A stretch of 64,000 nucleotides of DNA from Takakia lepidozioides. Its lineage: Eukaryota; Plantae; Bryophyta. Location of the stretch: positions 55,924,001-55,988,000 of the forward strand of contig CM060734.1 in the NCBI GenBank assembly GCA_030704615.1, in the 5' to 3' direction. The notes beneath the pieces are model-generated. The model was not told the origin of the DNA. It searched no databases and worked only from the letters and a program-made list of their open reading frames with translations. Below are positions 25,534-37,590 of this stretch, piece after piece. A program made the translations under genes and the position numbers. Position 1 is the stretch's first letter. Every line of letters starts with the position of its first letter.

Positions 25534-27830
25534 AATCATCCAAGAGTGCCAAGTTTCAAGCACAAGATTACCTATGATTTCCTGTGGATCAATAGCTACA
25601 AGAAACCTGCATGGGTAGATGGTCAACTAAAGGCAGCAGCTGCAGCGGCACAGTTGATAAAATCAGGCACCTCAACCATGACCACAGCCTCTGGAAGAGG
25701 ATCAAGAGAGGGAGTCCACAATGCCTCTTCTGGCACTTCTGGGCATGAAGATGTTTTGTGAGGTAGGCAAACTGAAAGAGGCTCTACAGACTTTAAACCA
25801 AGGAGGCATTTCAGCAGATTCAGAAACGTATGTATGTCTCTTGCATAAGTGCATCAAGATGAGAGGCCTGGAAGCTAGAAAACAGGTGCACACTCACATT
25901 ATCCAAAGTGGATTCACGCCAAATGTTTTTCTTCTCAGCACCCTTGTCAACATGTATGTTAACTGCGGGAGCATCATGGATGCTCACCAAGTGTTCAACG
26001 GAATGCCTCAACGATCTTTGATCACATGGAATATAATGTTGGTAGGATTTACCAAGCATGGGTGTGGTATGAATGCTTTGGAGACCTATGAGCAAATGAT
26101 GGGGGAAGGGGTGAAGCCCGACCACATCACGTTTGTGTGCATTTGCAGTGTGTGTGTAAGCTTGGCAGCCCTGGAAAAGGGCAAGGGAAAAGAGGTGCAT
26201 GGCGACATCGTCAAAGCTGGAACCGTACCAGATGTGATCCTGAACAATACCCTATTGGACATGTATGCCAAATGTGGGAGCATTGAGCATGCAAAGGGAG
26301 TGTTCGACAATATGGCGGAACGAGATGTGGTGTCATGGAGTGTGATGCTCGCAGGATATGCACAGCAAGGGCGCGGGATGGAGGCTTTGGAGACATTTGA
26401 GCAAATGATGTGCGAAGGGGTGAAGCCCAACCGCATCACGTGTGTGTGCGTTTGCAATGCATGTGCAAGCCTGGCAGCCCTGGAAAAGGGCAAAGAGGTG
26501 CATGGTGACATCGTCAGAGCTGGAATCGTACCAGATGTGATCCTGAACAATACCCTGGTGGACATGTATGCCAAATGTGGGAGCATCGAGCATTCAAAGG
26601 GAGTGTTCGACCATATGGCTGAACGAAATGTGGTGTCGTGGAACGCGATGCTCGCAGGATATGCACAGCAAGGGCGCGGGATGGTGGTTTGGGAGACGTA
26701 TGAGCAAATGATGTGCGAAGGGGTGAAGCCCGACCACATCACGTTTGTGTGCGTTTGCAATGCGTGTGCAAGCCTGGCAGCCCTGGAAAAGGGTAAAGAG
26801 GTCCATGGTGACATTGTCAGAGCTGGAATCGTACCCGATGTTATCCTGAACAATGCCCTCGTGGACATGTATGCCAAATGTGGGAGCATCGAGGATGCGA
26901 AGGCAGTGTTCAACAATATGGCTGAACGAGATGTGGTGTCGTGGAACGCGATGCTTGCAGGGTATGCACAGCAGGGGCGTGGGATGGAGGCTTTGGAGAC
27001 CTATGAGCAAATGATGGGGGAAGAGGTGAAGCCCGACCACATCACATCTGTGTGTTTGCAAGCTTGATAGCCCTGGAAATGAGAGAAGGGGTGCGGTGCA
27101 CACTCACATTATCCAAAGTGGATTCACGCCAAGGATGCGCCAAAGGAAGTTCACAGCCGCATAGAAACACACAAACTCTCAAGTTGTGGGAGCACTTTGT
27201 GCATCTGTATGTTGCCACTGCCGTTGAACTGTCTCGATGGGTTTTATCATAGCTCGTTTGCTCATGTGTCTGAACGTCTCGTAAGCGTGAGATAAACTTC
27301 AAGTAAAACTTCTTTAGCAGAATGGGTGCAAAAGCTGGAATTGTATTAGATGTCATTGTGAACAATACCCTCGTGGACATGTATGCCAAATGTGGAAGGC
27401 ATTTCAGCATATTCAGATATGTTTGTCAAGATAAAAGGTCTGGAAGCTGGAAAGCATGTGCACACTCGCATTATCCAAAGTGGATTCATGCCAAGGATGC
27501 GAAGGGAGTTTTCAACACTATGGCTGAACAACATGTGGTGTCGTGGCACGCTATGCTTGCAGGGTATGCACAGCAGGGACGTAGGTTGGTGGCTTTGGAA
27601 ACCTATGATCAATTGATGGGGGAAGGGGTGAAGCCCAACCACATCACGTTTGTTTGTGATTCCAATGCTTGTGCAAGCCTGACAGCCCTGGAAAAGGGTA
27701 AAGAGGTCCATGGTGACATTGTCAAAGCTGGGATTGTACCAGATGTCATTCTGAACTCTGCCCTGGTGGACATGTATGCCAAATGTGGGTGCATTGAGGA
27801 TGCAAAGCAACGAACTTATGTGTACTCTAC
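25534..27830 (+). pseudogene. PDF-motif second-half exon plus PLS-class PPR array (frameshifted, truncated)
   Basis: After intron 25341-25533: NHPRVPSFKHKITYDFLWINSYKKPAWVDGQL. A frameshift near 25745 leads into FCEVGKLKEAL and three near-identical 101-aa P-L-S triplets (VVSWNAMLAGYAQQG / PDHITFVCVCNAC / PDVILNNTLVDMYAKCG), stop at 27067, then chimeric fragments. Confidence 0.9.
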
Positions 27831-29049
27831 GAAGGGGTGAAGCCCAACCACATCACCTTAGTTTGTGTTTGCAATGCAAGTTTGGGAGCCCTGGAAAAGG
27901 GGAAAGAGGTCCATGCACTACAACATATCCCGGCTTTTACGTCTACTATTTTTCAGTCGTATCAACCTTATATGACTACATGACTGCCCAATCAGATAAA
28001 CCCAGTCAGTTGTGACAAATGAGTTGTAAGCGATGATAGAGTCGTATCTGCCAGTCGTGGAGCTCACTGTTGACGTGACAACGGGGACGCCTAATCATAG
28101 TCATTGATAGGACCATAGTAAATGACTGCGAATCCATGTCAGCTTCACGTGGAACGGAAGGGATATGCCACGTGTCACGTCAAAGGGAAGGCGACAGGGT
28201 CTTCACGACTGGCATATACGACTTCCGCGGATTAACCCCAGGACAGCACGTGGAGAATACCAGGAACGACATATGGCATGACAGGGTGACTTCCGCAGAT
28301 TAACCCCAAGACAACACGTGGATTAGACTGGACATGATATGTGGCATCACAATATAGAGCGGGAGGGTCTTTCGTGACTGGCATATATGACTTTAGAGGT
28401 TTAATCCCAGGTCCACACGTGGAGTCAAATTATGCAGGATGGGGGTGGGGTGGTTGTTATGACTGGAACATATGACTTCCATGGCGCACTCTGGACACTG
28501 CACGTGGCACGAGTATGGGCGAACACAAGGGGTGAAAGTGGCAAGTGGCGGAGGCTCTGTGGATGGGAGGTAGTCGTGTACATGACCGTAGTATTGAAAC
28601 ACAAAAGCACCATTGAAAGCATACGACAAACACCATTGAAACATGAAAGCACATTTGAAATAGGAACATCGATTCAAATACAGCTTGACTTAATGTTCAA
28701 AGATCCGTTCCATAATCTAATCCTCTGCTACAAAAATGCACAAAGCTGCAAAGTCTTAGTAGACTTCCAAATGCCTGAGCAGAAGATGCATACACTGGCT
28801 TGGCCGGACTTCGTCACCCACCTTCAACTGCCATCCAGCCCGAAAACGACAGAAGATACATGAGCAAGCTTTCAGGCAATATAGCAACAGCAACATTGAC
28901 ATATGTGAAACAAACTAACATCGCTAAGAATGTCTAAGCACCATTACACAAACTTGATGTGTGCAAAATGGAAAATTGCAGGTATGGAACCCTTACCCCA
29001 TTATGACAGTCAAGGACTGGAGGTTTGGGAGTTGTCTTGTGACAGATAG

Positions 29050-29400
29050 CGCGGTGGCTGCAAGCATCGCACTCCATGACACCACATCTCATTTAACCAT
29101 AGTGTTGAACACTCCTTTACATCCTCGATGCACCCACATTTGGCATACATGTCCACCAGGGCAGTATTCAGAATGACATCTGGTAATTGACAGGCATACA
29201 CCTTTTCGCCTCGGTTGTCCCACCGGGGTCAGAAAAGTATTCATTCCACAGCTTCTCCTCATCTCTGTTACATGTTTTTGGATACTTTCATGTTGTCACA
29301 TTGGTAGTATCATGTCAAAGTCTCTCCAAACTAGATTCACTCAACCAGCTAACTTGCAGAATTCAACATGGAACACTGGCAGTATCATGTCAAAGTTAAA
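29050..29400 (-). pseudogene. Inverted PDF first-half exon plus PPR fragment inside the CACTA
   Basis: Minus strand YPKTCNRDEEKLWNEYFSDP/WDNRGEK|gt, followed by PDVILNTALVDMYAKCGCIEDVK. The upstream sequence matches 18510-18580. Confidence 0.8.
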
Positions 29401-29585
29401 CTATCAAAGGTTCACTCAACCAGCTAACTTGCATAAGTCAACATAAAAATTTAGGGCCGTAAAACAGGGTGAAACGTGTTGATGAAGGTGCCATGATTAG
29501 CAGTGCATATCAATTGTGTCGGTGCTGCTGCGGCTTCCAGTTGACATAGCACAGTGGCATACTGCAGATCATATCTGAATTGCCC

Positions 29586-30388
29586 CACTACAACAGATCG
29601 CGGTATTTATGACTGTATATATGACTATTCTGCAGTCATAAACGGTACATATGACTTCTATGATTGTAAGTCGTGCAAACCAAATCAATACAATGAGTAC
29701 AAGATAGTACGGTCCGGATGACTATAGTAAGATGAACCAAGTGATATCTTTCACTACAATCATATATACCATACTGCAGCCACCGCTGTCGCGCCACGTG
29801 GCGAGGCGCAATTGATTTAAAAAAATAAAAAAAAATAAAAAAATAAAAACATATGTCAAATGCCGCGTCACATCGTATTGTGCCACGTGGCATAATACAT
29901 TTTATAATAATGAAAAAACCACGTGACAGTCCATCTAGGGTACCACGTGCTATCCCTAGCTCGCCTACTAACCTTAAGGCCATCTTATCCATTTGATTGT
30001 ACTTAGAGGAGTTTGAACCTGCAACCTCTTTACTATAAAAGTTATAGTTCACTATCTGTTAACCAATACACCCATTAGTCATTCATATGATCATATGGTG
30101 TTTTAATTGTATTATACACACCAAATTACCTCATCCATGTACACTGTAGTCATAGAAATGACTATGAATGGTGAGCTAAATCTGGTCAATTGCCGTTGAC
30201 CTTCCGCCCATTCCAGAGCCATGTAGTCACACAGACGAGTACTTAGATAGTCGTTCATATGACTATAGTCGTATGAACGACTGCGGGAGGTCAATTTCAT
30301 ATAAAAACATGGTGCAGTCATGGTCAAAGTCATGAAAACCATGACTACCACGGTTTGGCAACCATAACTACCGCGATCTGTTGTAGTA
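29586..30388. mobile_element. Nested non-autonomous CACTA element (~800 bp)
   Basis: TIRs CACTACAACAGATCGCGGTA and TACCGCGATCTGTTGTAGTA; TSD CCC on both sides; atgact/agtcat subterminal repeats. Confidence 0.9.
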
Positions 30389-31078
30389 CCCTTTGTGGAT
30401 TCTAGTGAAAGACTATTCATGGCAGACATGATCTTCCTATCGATGGAATGTGAACCGACACTTGAACAGACTATGACTCTCACCTCATTGACAAACTATC
30501 CATGCAACTTGACATGTGGGAAGTCAAAGGCATTTCCCTAATCAACATAAACTTTGGTGTTGCACATATGTCTACAATTATTGGAAGGGATGGCTTGCCC
30601 TCTGGGTCGTCCAGGTACTGCCACTTTATATCATCTCTAGATGGTTAAGCTTTTGAACTGAGTAAAGAGAAAATGGCCATTTGGGACGAAGTTATTCCCT
30701 GGTAGATTTGCTATTTTCAGATGTTAAAACTGCTAATTTGACTCCGGTTTCAAAGGGCAAACCAACAGCAAAGAAGCTAAGACTGGACAATAGATAATAT
30801 CCCAAGCAAGCACTGGGTAGCAACAGGTTGCATGTGCATGCCAGCTACCAATCCAAAGTGGGTAGTGAATGAAAACCAGCAGATAAGGATGTATGAGCAG
30901 CTTAGTCATGTATTGCCAAAATCCACACAACATGCCCACCTTAAGACAGATTGCACATTCCTCATGAATGGAAAGGAAAGAAATTCTGAGACTAACAAAT
31001 CTGCCATGGCCAAGACAGCCATGCACAGGAACAAAAGTAGGATCCATACCCGTGTAGAGTTGTGGTTATGGGAATGAC

Positions 31079-31569
31079 TTGCATGATGCACGATCGTATT
31101 TGTTTTGGGAGATATTGCGAGTGTTGCGTGACGTGCAGACGAGACAAGTGCAACCTGTAGCCTATATCTTGGAGAATGTTCCTCTTATGGGGGATTCTCG
31201 AGCCAGGGTTATGGCTAGTGTGCATCAGGTCGTTCATGGATTGGACCAGCTGTATTATTGGATGCAGCTGCAGTGGGGTCACGGGCACGTAGGCCTAGGT
31301 TATGGTGGACCAATCTTGTACCACCAGAGTTGCTCAAGAGAGCCTATGATTCCATTCAACGGCCACCCAACTTCATGGTTGATGGCATTTTGGACCAAGG
31401 GAGGCAACCACAGAGAGTGCGACATGATGACCGTCCATCTTTGGCGGTGGTCAATCGAGTGGGGCAACCACATGCGGCCTTGCCTACACTCATAAGTTTT
31501 CCCTCGTCTCATGCTTTTCGAGACAATGGTCCAGGGTTGATTTGGGACAATGCGCCCATGTGCAGGTAA
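31079..31569 (+). pseudogene. C5 cytosine DNA methyltransferase fragment (retrotransposon-borne type), frameshifted
   Basis: RSYLFWEILRVL...AYILENVP (motif VI ENV), frameshift at ~31245, then LLDAAAVGSRARRPRLWWTN (motif VIII RxR). Intronless. Confidence 0.8.
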
Positions 31570-31934
31570 TTGAGACTATGCATTGAGCATAACAAATACA
31601 AAAATCCGTGTATCCTTCAATATATCTTTGATTTATCCTTTGGGTATATTAAGGAAAACAAATCTATTTATTTGAAAAAAGGGGATGGAGGTCTTTTACT
31701 AAATTATATTGAGAGGAGAAAAATCATTTATCCTTACACTTTAATTATCCTTATGAATATATTGGCCTTTACCCAGCGGATAAATAAATGATCAAATTTT
31801 AGTTTACCCTATCCGTAGGCCAAATAAGTGGACCTATAAATAATTTACCATTACCCTGGGCCAGAATAAATATTTTTTAATTTTTAATTATCCTTCATTG
31901 GAGATAAGCAAAAGTCCATTTATCCGCACAACAC
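31570..31934. mobile_element. hAT-like non-autonomous end, homologous to 13280-13553
   Basis: Shared ttgagcataacaaa, tttaccc repeats and terminal ccgcacaacac. Confidence 0.65.
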
Positions 31935-33721
31935 GGACCACTAGTATATCTGGTTGTCTCTACCTAGTAATCAGAAGTATCATGAATCGTTGAGTGCCTC
32001 CAAGGGCATGCATTTGTATATTTGAGAGCTTTAACCAGTCAAGGCTCTCCTATACATACCCTGTGAGGGCGGTGGGACCCTTCTAGAAAGGTGGGACACA
32101 TGGCACAGACCCTAACTAGACCCACTCCAGCCACTTAGACACCTGTCCCCAATTGAATAGGTATCATCATCCCCTATTTAATAGCTATCAGCTTCTTCTT
32201 GTTGTCTTTTTTTGGACCCTTCATTTCGTTAATTAATACAGGTGGCCTTATTACATTGGCCCCCTCTTTTAACTCCTAGACCACGCTAATTCCTGGACCA
32301 CTCTATTAACCGGGCCCGAATGAAACTCCTTTACATATTCATTTGCCATGATCCAACATTTATGGATGTCAGCGGATGGAAGTAATTCCTCAAGGTAAAT
32401 CGAGGGGTTTAGGGAGAGCACACATGGGAATTTAAAGCGCCCTGAAATAATAAAAGCTATTCTCCCTAGAATTTCTCAAAGTGCCATGGGTCTAGAAATT
32501 CAGCGCGCAGGTCGCGGCAAAATCGCGGATCAGAAATAAATATTTATTCTCACGCCATGTTTAAATTTGCGACTGAGCCGGAGTGGGCTCAGCAGTCGGC
32601 CTATGTATTCGGGCGGTTTGGGAGGTGTTGGAGTCACGTTGGATCTTCCAACTCATGGTCCTCCACGTGCCATGCAATGAACAGAATGCCTATGTAGACC
32701 ATGGGCGAAGTCACCCCTGCTTCCACACCACCAAATTTTATGTTCACAACCTCTTACCTAATCTAGTCATTTAGGGTTACGGGTTGAGTAGAAGCCCATG
32801 TTAAGTTCAAGGTCCTTCATCACCTGATCTAGTCATTCACGACTGTACGTGGCGATTGCCGGTGTGTCTACGTGGACGATGCAAACATAAATGGATGAAA
32901 CAGATGCAGGATGTGATTGCAAATGACGACGTGTCAACATATCATTGCTCGCGGGCACTAAGCCACACCCTCTGAATGAAGGAATGAATGGATGAATGAA
33001 TGATTAGGATGAATTAGGATGAATGTGCTCGATTTTAGGGTTGCTAGGTCGCAGTGTTAAGTATGAGGATAATAAGTAGTAAAAACATTTAACTACTGTT
33101 TCACTGACCCAGCAGATTAACAGTGAACTAATCGACTGCTGGTTAAGGTTAGTGCAACAAAACGACTGTATTATCTCAACGAATGATACACAAACGCCTA
33201 GCTGGCAACTATTGGATGAAGGTATCAAACATAACTTTTGTGCACTGGATGAACGTATGAACGAATGATACAACAAACGCCTTGTTGGCAACTATTGGAT
33301 GAACATAGGAACAAATAATAATGCAAACGCAGTATTGGATGAACTGACAGTGAAACTCATTTAAAGATTCATTTTGGATGAATAGATGAAATTAAAATGG
33401 CCAAAAAATGGAAAAACAAATGAATGGATGGATGTATTGATGAAAAACCCAATATCCATCCATCTATCGCTACATTCATCCATCCAGTCATGAGTAGAGG
33501 GGACTTAGCGGTTTTTTTGTCTCCCCTGCCATCTGTTTGTTTTCTTTGTGTCGAGTTTGATGGTGAGAGACGACAAACAGGACGGAGCTGTGTTTGCTTT
33601 CTTATAGTGTCGAGTCTGATCATGAGAGACGTCGATCAGGGCGGAGCTATGTTTGTTTTGTTTTAGTGTCGGGTCTGATCATGAGAGACGCACGAGCAGA
33701 GCTGGTGGGATAGGGGCCGGA

Positions 33722-33805
33722 CATGGACTCAAACCCTAGAATCGGGGCATGAAGATGTGATGCACGATGTGGCCATCGACTACTATGGGAAGTGGCTGGC
33801 CACCT
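33722..33805 (+). pseudogene. SEC13: Captured 5' fragment of SEC13 (COPII/nucleoporin WD40)
   Basis: ESGHEDVMHDVAIDYYGKWLAT matches the SEC13 N-terminus (xTGHxDxxHDxxxDYYGKRLAT). A telo-box aaacccta is present, and the fragment is joined directly to PPR sequence. Confidence 0.85.
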
Positions 33806-33844
33806 TCACGAACCAATTGGTGATTTGGGTCTCCGGGTCCAGAA

Positions 33845-36050
33845 TTGTGTTTGCAATGCGTGTGCAAGCCTGGGAGCCCTGGAAAAGGGGAAAGAGGTCC
33901 ACGGTGACATCTTCAAATATAGAAGTGTACCAGATGTCATTCTGAAGACAGCCCCGGTGGACATGTATGCCAAATATGGGTGCATTGAGGATGCAAAGGG
34001 AGTTTTCAACACTATGGCTGAACGAGATGTGGTGTCGTGAACTCAATACCCTCATCAACATGTATGCCAAGTGCGGGAATGTGGTGTATGCACATGGAGC
34101 GTTTGACAAAATGCCTGAACGAGATATTTTTACTTGCCTTGCAGCCCTGGAAATGGGCATGGTGGTCCATACTGACATCATCATTTCCGGAATCATTTCA
34201 GATATCACTCAAGAGAATACCCTTGTGAACATGTACGCCAAATGCGGGAGCCTTACTGGCGCTCCTCAAGTGCTCGACAACATGGCTAAGTGGAATGTGG
34301 TCTCATGGAATGCGATGATCGGAGGATATGCTCTGCATGGGAAGGGCAAGGAGGCTTTTGAGACCTAAGAGCAAATGAAAGAGGAAGCGGTAATTTCCGT
34401 GCTCAAAACTTGCGCCAGCCCTGCAGCCCTGGGAAAGAGCGAGGACGTCCACGCTGACATTATCAAAGCTGGAATTGCCCCAGATGTTGTCCTGGAGACT
34501 GCCCTTGCATATATGTACACCAAATGTGGGAGCATGAAGGATGCACGTCAGGTTTCTGACAATATGGCTGAACAAAATGTGATCTCCTGGAGTGCTATGA
34601 TCGCAGGATATGCTCGGGGTGTCTTGGGGAGGCCCTGCAACTATTTGAACTGATGCAACAAAAAGGCTTAAAGCCAAATGCGCTTGCGACCTATGAGCAA
34701 ATGATTGAGCAAGGGTTATTGCCCAACAAAATCATGTTCATTTGCGTTCTCAATGCATGTGCCACCCTGGCAGCCCTAGAAAAGGGCAAAGAGGTCCATG
34801 CTGCGATCGATGTTGGAACAGAGTCATATTTGAATCTGGAGAATACTCTCGTTGATATGTATGCCAAGTGTGGGGCTGCAGCTGGCAGGTGGGGTGATCC
34901 CACAGAGGCGAGAGCAATGATGAAGGACAAAGGTGTCAGAAAGGAGGCAGGGCACAGCTGCATTGAGGTTGACAATCGGGTGCATAAGTTTACTGTGAAT
35001 CGAGTGAATCTGATGCAAAGAGAAGGTGTCAAGGCAGATAAGGTCATTTTCTTGTGCATCTTGAATGCATGTTCCAACCCATTGTTGATAGAGCAAGGCA
35101 AGCAGCTCCATGAAGGCATCATTACAGTTGGATTTCAGTCAAATGTCAGTATGGGGAACGCACTCGTCAGCATGTATAGAAAATGCGGGGGTGTGGAAGA
35201 TGCACGGAAAGTGTTTGCAAAATTGCCCAAGCGCGATGTGATCTCATGGAATGGGATGATGGCTGGATTAGCTCAGCCAGGTCACGCACAAGAGGCACTT
35301 GAACTATTGACAGTGCAGCAAAAGGATTCTACTGAGAAAATTCGCCCTTTAGATACCAGAGTGGCTGAGCCTAAATAGGAACTACAAACCCTACATGTGA
35401 TGATAGTTGGACTCAGCAAGACTGCCAAGGCTGCTGAGGAGAGGGCAGCTCCTCATGTGGGTAGTGCAACGGTAGTTAATGCCAGAATTTTGGTGCTTCA
35501 AGGACTGCCCCAATCACACCTGAAAGCTGCTGGAGAACAACTTGATCTTTTGGCGGCTGACTTAACTGAGTTCAAACAGGAACAATGCAACTCACAACAG
35601 CAGGTAGCAGAGTTGGTCATGGGCAAAGAGGTGCATGGGGATATCATCAAAGCTCGAATTGTACCAAACGTCATTCTGAACACTGCCCTGGCAGCTCTGG
35701 AAAAGGGGAAAGAGGTCCATGGCGACATCTTCAGAGCTGGAATTGTACCAGATTTCATTTTGAAGAACACCCTGGTGGACATGTCTGCAAAATGTGGGTG
35801 CATCTAGGATGCAAAGGGAGTGTTCAACACTATGGCTGAACAAGATGTGGCGTCGGGCAAGCCTGACAACCCTAGAGAAGGGCAAAGAGGTGCATGGGGA
35901 TATCGTCAAAGCTGGAAAGTACCAAATGTCATTCTAAACACTGCCCTGGCAGCTTTGGAAAAGGGGAAAGATGTCCATGGCGACATCTTCAGAGCTGGAA
36001 TTGTACCAGATGTCATTCTGAACAATACCCTGGTGGACATGTTTGCAAAA
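33845..36050 (+). pseudogene. Mosaic of PLS-PPR fragments from several paralogs, including an E2/E+ (PG-box) piece
   Basis: Repeated L-S-P pieces with stops and frameshifts. AAAGRWGD...MMKDKGVRKEAGHSCIEVDNRVHKF at ~34875-34995; unrelated coiled-coil-like insert at ~35310-35620. Confidence 0.85.
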
Positions 36051-36372
36051 TTCTGGAAGGTGGTTGTTGTTGTGCTGGTAAAAAGATGCCCAAGTATGGG
36101 CCTCCATTTGACACCACTTGTATTATCATACATTCCCATGCCCACGTCATCCTGTTGCAGTTTTGGCCATGACTCCTAGTCGTATCTACCATCTTTCCCT
36201 ATTTGGTCAAACGTGTTTGACCGCAGATCCTGACGTGGCGGAGGTACAAGGTGGCATATACGACTTCTGGTGGTTACAAATGGCAACCAGGACTGCCCCC
36301 TTGCATTTTGTAGACATATATGCTACGACTGGGCAAATGTGGCAGACATTAAAGCCGAGATCTGTTGTAGTG

Positions 36373-37590
36373 ATGGTGACATCGTCAAAGCTGGAATTGT
36401 ACCCGATGTTATTCTGAATAATGCCCTCGTAGACATGTATGCCAAATGTGGGAGCATCGAGGATGCGAAGGCAGTGTTCAACTATATCGCTGAATGAAAT
36501 GTGGTGTCGTGGAACGCGATGCTTGCAGGGTATACACAGCAGGGGCGTGGGATGGAGGCTTTGGAGACCTATGAGCAAATGATGGGGGAAGGGGTGAAAC
36601 CCGACCACATCACGTCTGTGTATTTGCAAGCCTGGCAGCCCTGGAAATGAGCGAAGGGGTGCATGGTTGCATCGCAAAAGCAGGAGTTGGTGAGAAGAAT
36701 GATGAAGGTCAGAGGGATTAGAAAGGAGCCAGGTCGCTGCTGCATTGAGATTTGCAACAGGGTGCACACATTCATTGTAGATGACATGTTGCATCCTAGA
36801 ATTAAGGAAATCCATGCTGAGCTGAGAAGATTGTCTAGGCAGATGAAGTGCCTTCAAAACATTTCACCCTGTTTTCCCCTCTTATCGAAATCATCCTTAA
36901 ATTTTCATGTTGATTTCTGCAAGTTACTGGTTGAGTGAATCTTTGATAGTTTGCAATGCGTGTGCAAGCCTGGCAGCTCTGGAGAAGGGCAAAGAGGTCT
37001 ATGGCGACATTGTCAGAGCTGCAATTGTACCACATATCATTCTGAACAATACCCTCGTGGACATGTATGAAGGGAACAGTATGGCTAAACGAGATGTGGT
37101 GTCATGGAACTCGATGCTTGCAGGGTATGCACAGCAGGGGCACTGGATGGAGGCTTTGGCACCAGATGTTGTGCTTTGCACACTATGTAAACCCAGTAAG
37201 ACCATGGAGTAGTTGAGCAGCTCAATCTCAACCCTTTCCTAGTGCCAACAAACTATGATGTTGATTCACGCCAAGAAAGGTCTGGAAGCTGGAAAGCATG
37301 TGCACACTCACAAGCATCACAGGGTATGCACAACAGGGACGTGGGATGTTGGATTTGGAGACCTATGATCAAATTATGGGGGAAGGGGTGAAGCCCAACC
37401 ACATCATGTTTTTTGTGTGATTGCAATGCTTGTGCAAGCCTAGCAGCCCCGGAAAAGGTCAAAAGAGGTCTATGGTGACATTGTCAAAGATGGAATTGTA
37501 CCAGATGTCATTCTAAACTCTGCCCTGGTGGACATGTATGCCCAATGTTGGTGCATTGAGGATGCAAAGCAAGGAACTTATGTGTACTCT
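36373..37590 (+). pseudogene. Continuation of the PPR pseudogene with E+/DYW N-terminal PG-box fragment
   Basis: GDIVKAGIVPDVILNNALVDMYAKCG resumes after the CACTA. VRRMMKVRGIRKEPGRCCIEICNRVHTFIVDDMLHPRIKEIHAELRRLSRQMK at 36688-36848; no HxE/CxxC deaminase. 37270-37590 duplicates 27430-27830. Confidence 0.85.

Larger units (their letters stand above)
27916..36372. mobile_element. Non-autonomous CACTA-ended composite (Pack-CACTA-like) element, 8457 bp
   Basis: TIRs CACTACAACATATCCCGGCTTT and AAAGCCGAGATCTGTTGTAGTG; 3-bp TSD ATG (27913-27915, 36373-36375). Excision restores the PPR frame KEVH-GDIVKAG. Subterminal cacgtg/gacgtgg/atatgact repeats at both ends; no transposase seen. Confidence 0.85.

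Noticed and set aside
26086-27810. Long minus-strand ORFs opposite the PPR array
   Set aside because: Antisense shadows of repetitive PPR codons.
32970-33490. ggatgaa/catcc-rich repeats as a structured RNA
   Set aside because: Low-complexity repeat also seen at ~3715-3750; no consistent stem or RNA family signature.
36688-36900. Intact DYW deaminase
   Set aside because: Only the PG-box/E+ part is present; no HxE or CxxC motif and no DYW terminus.
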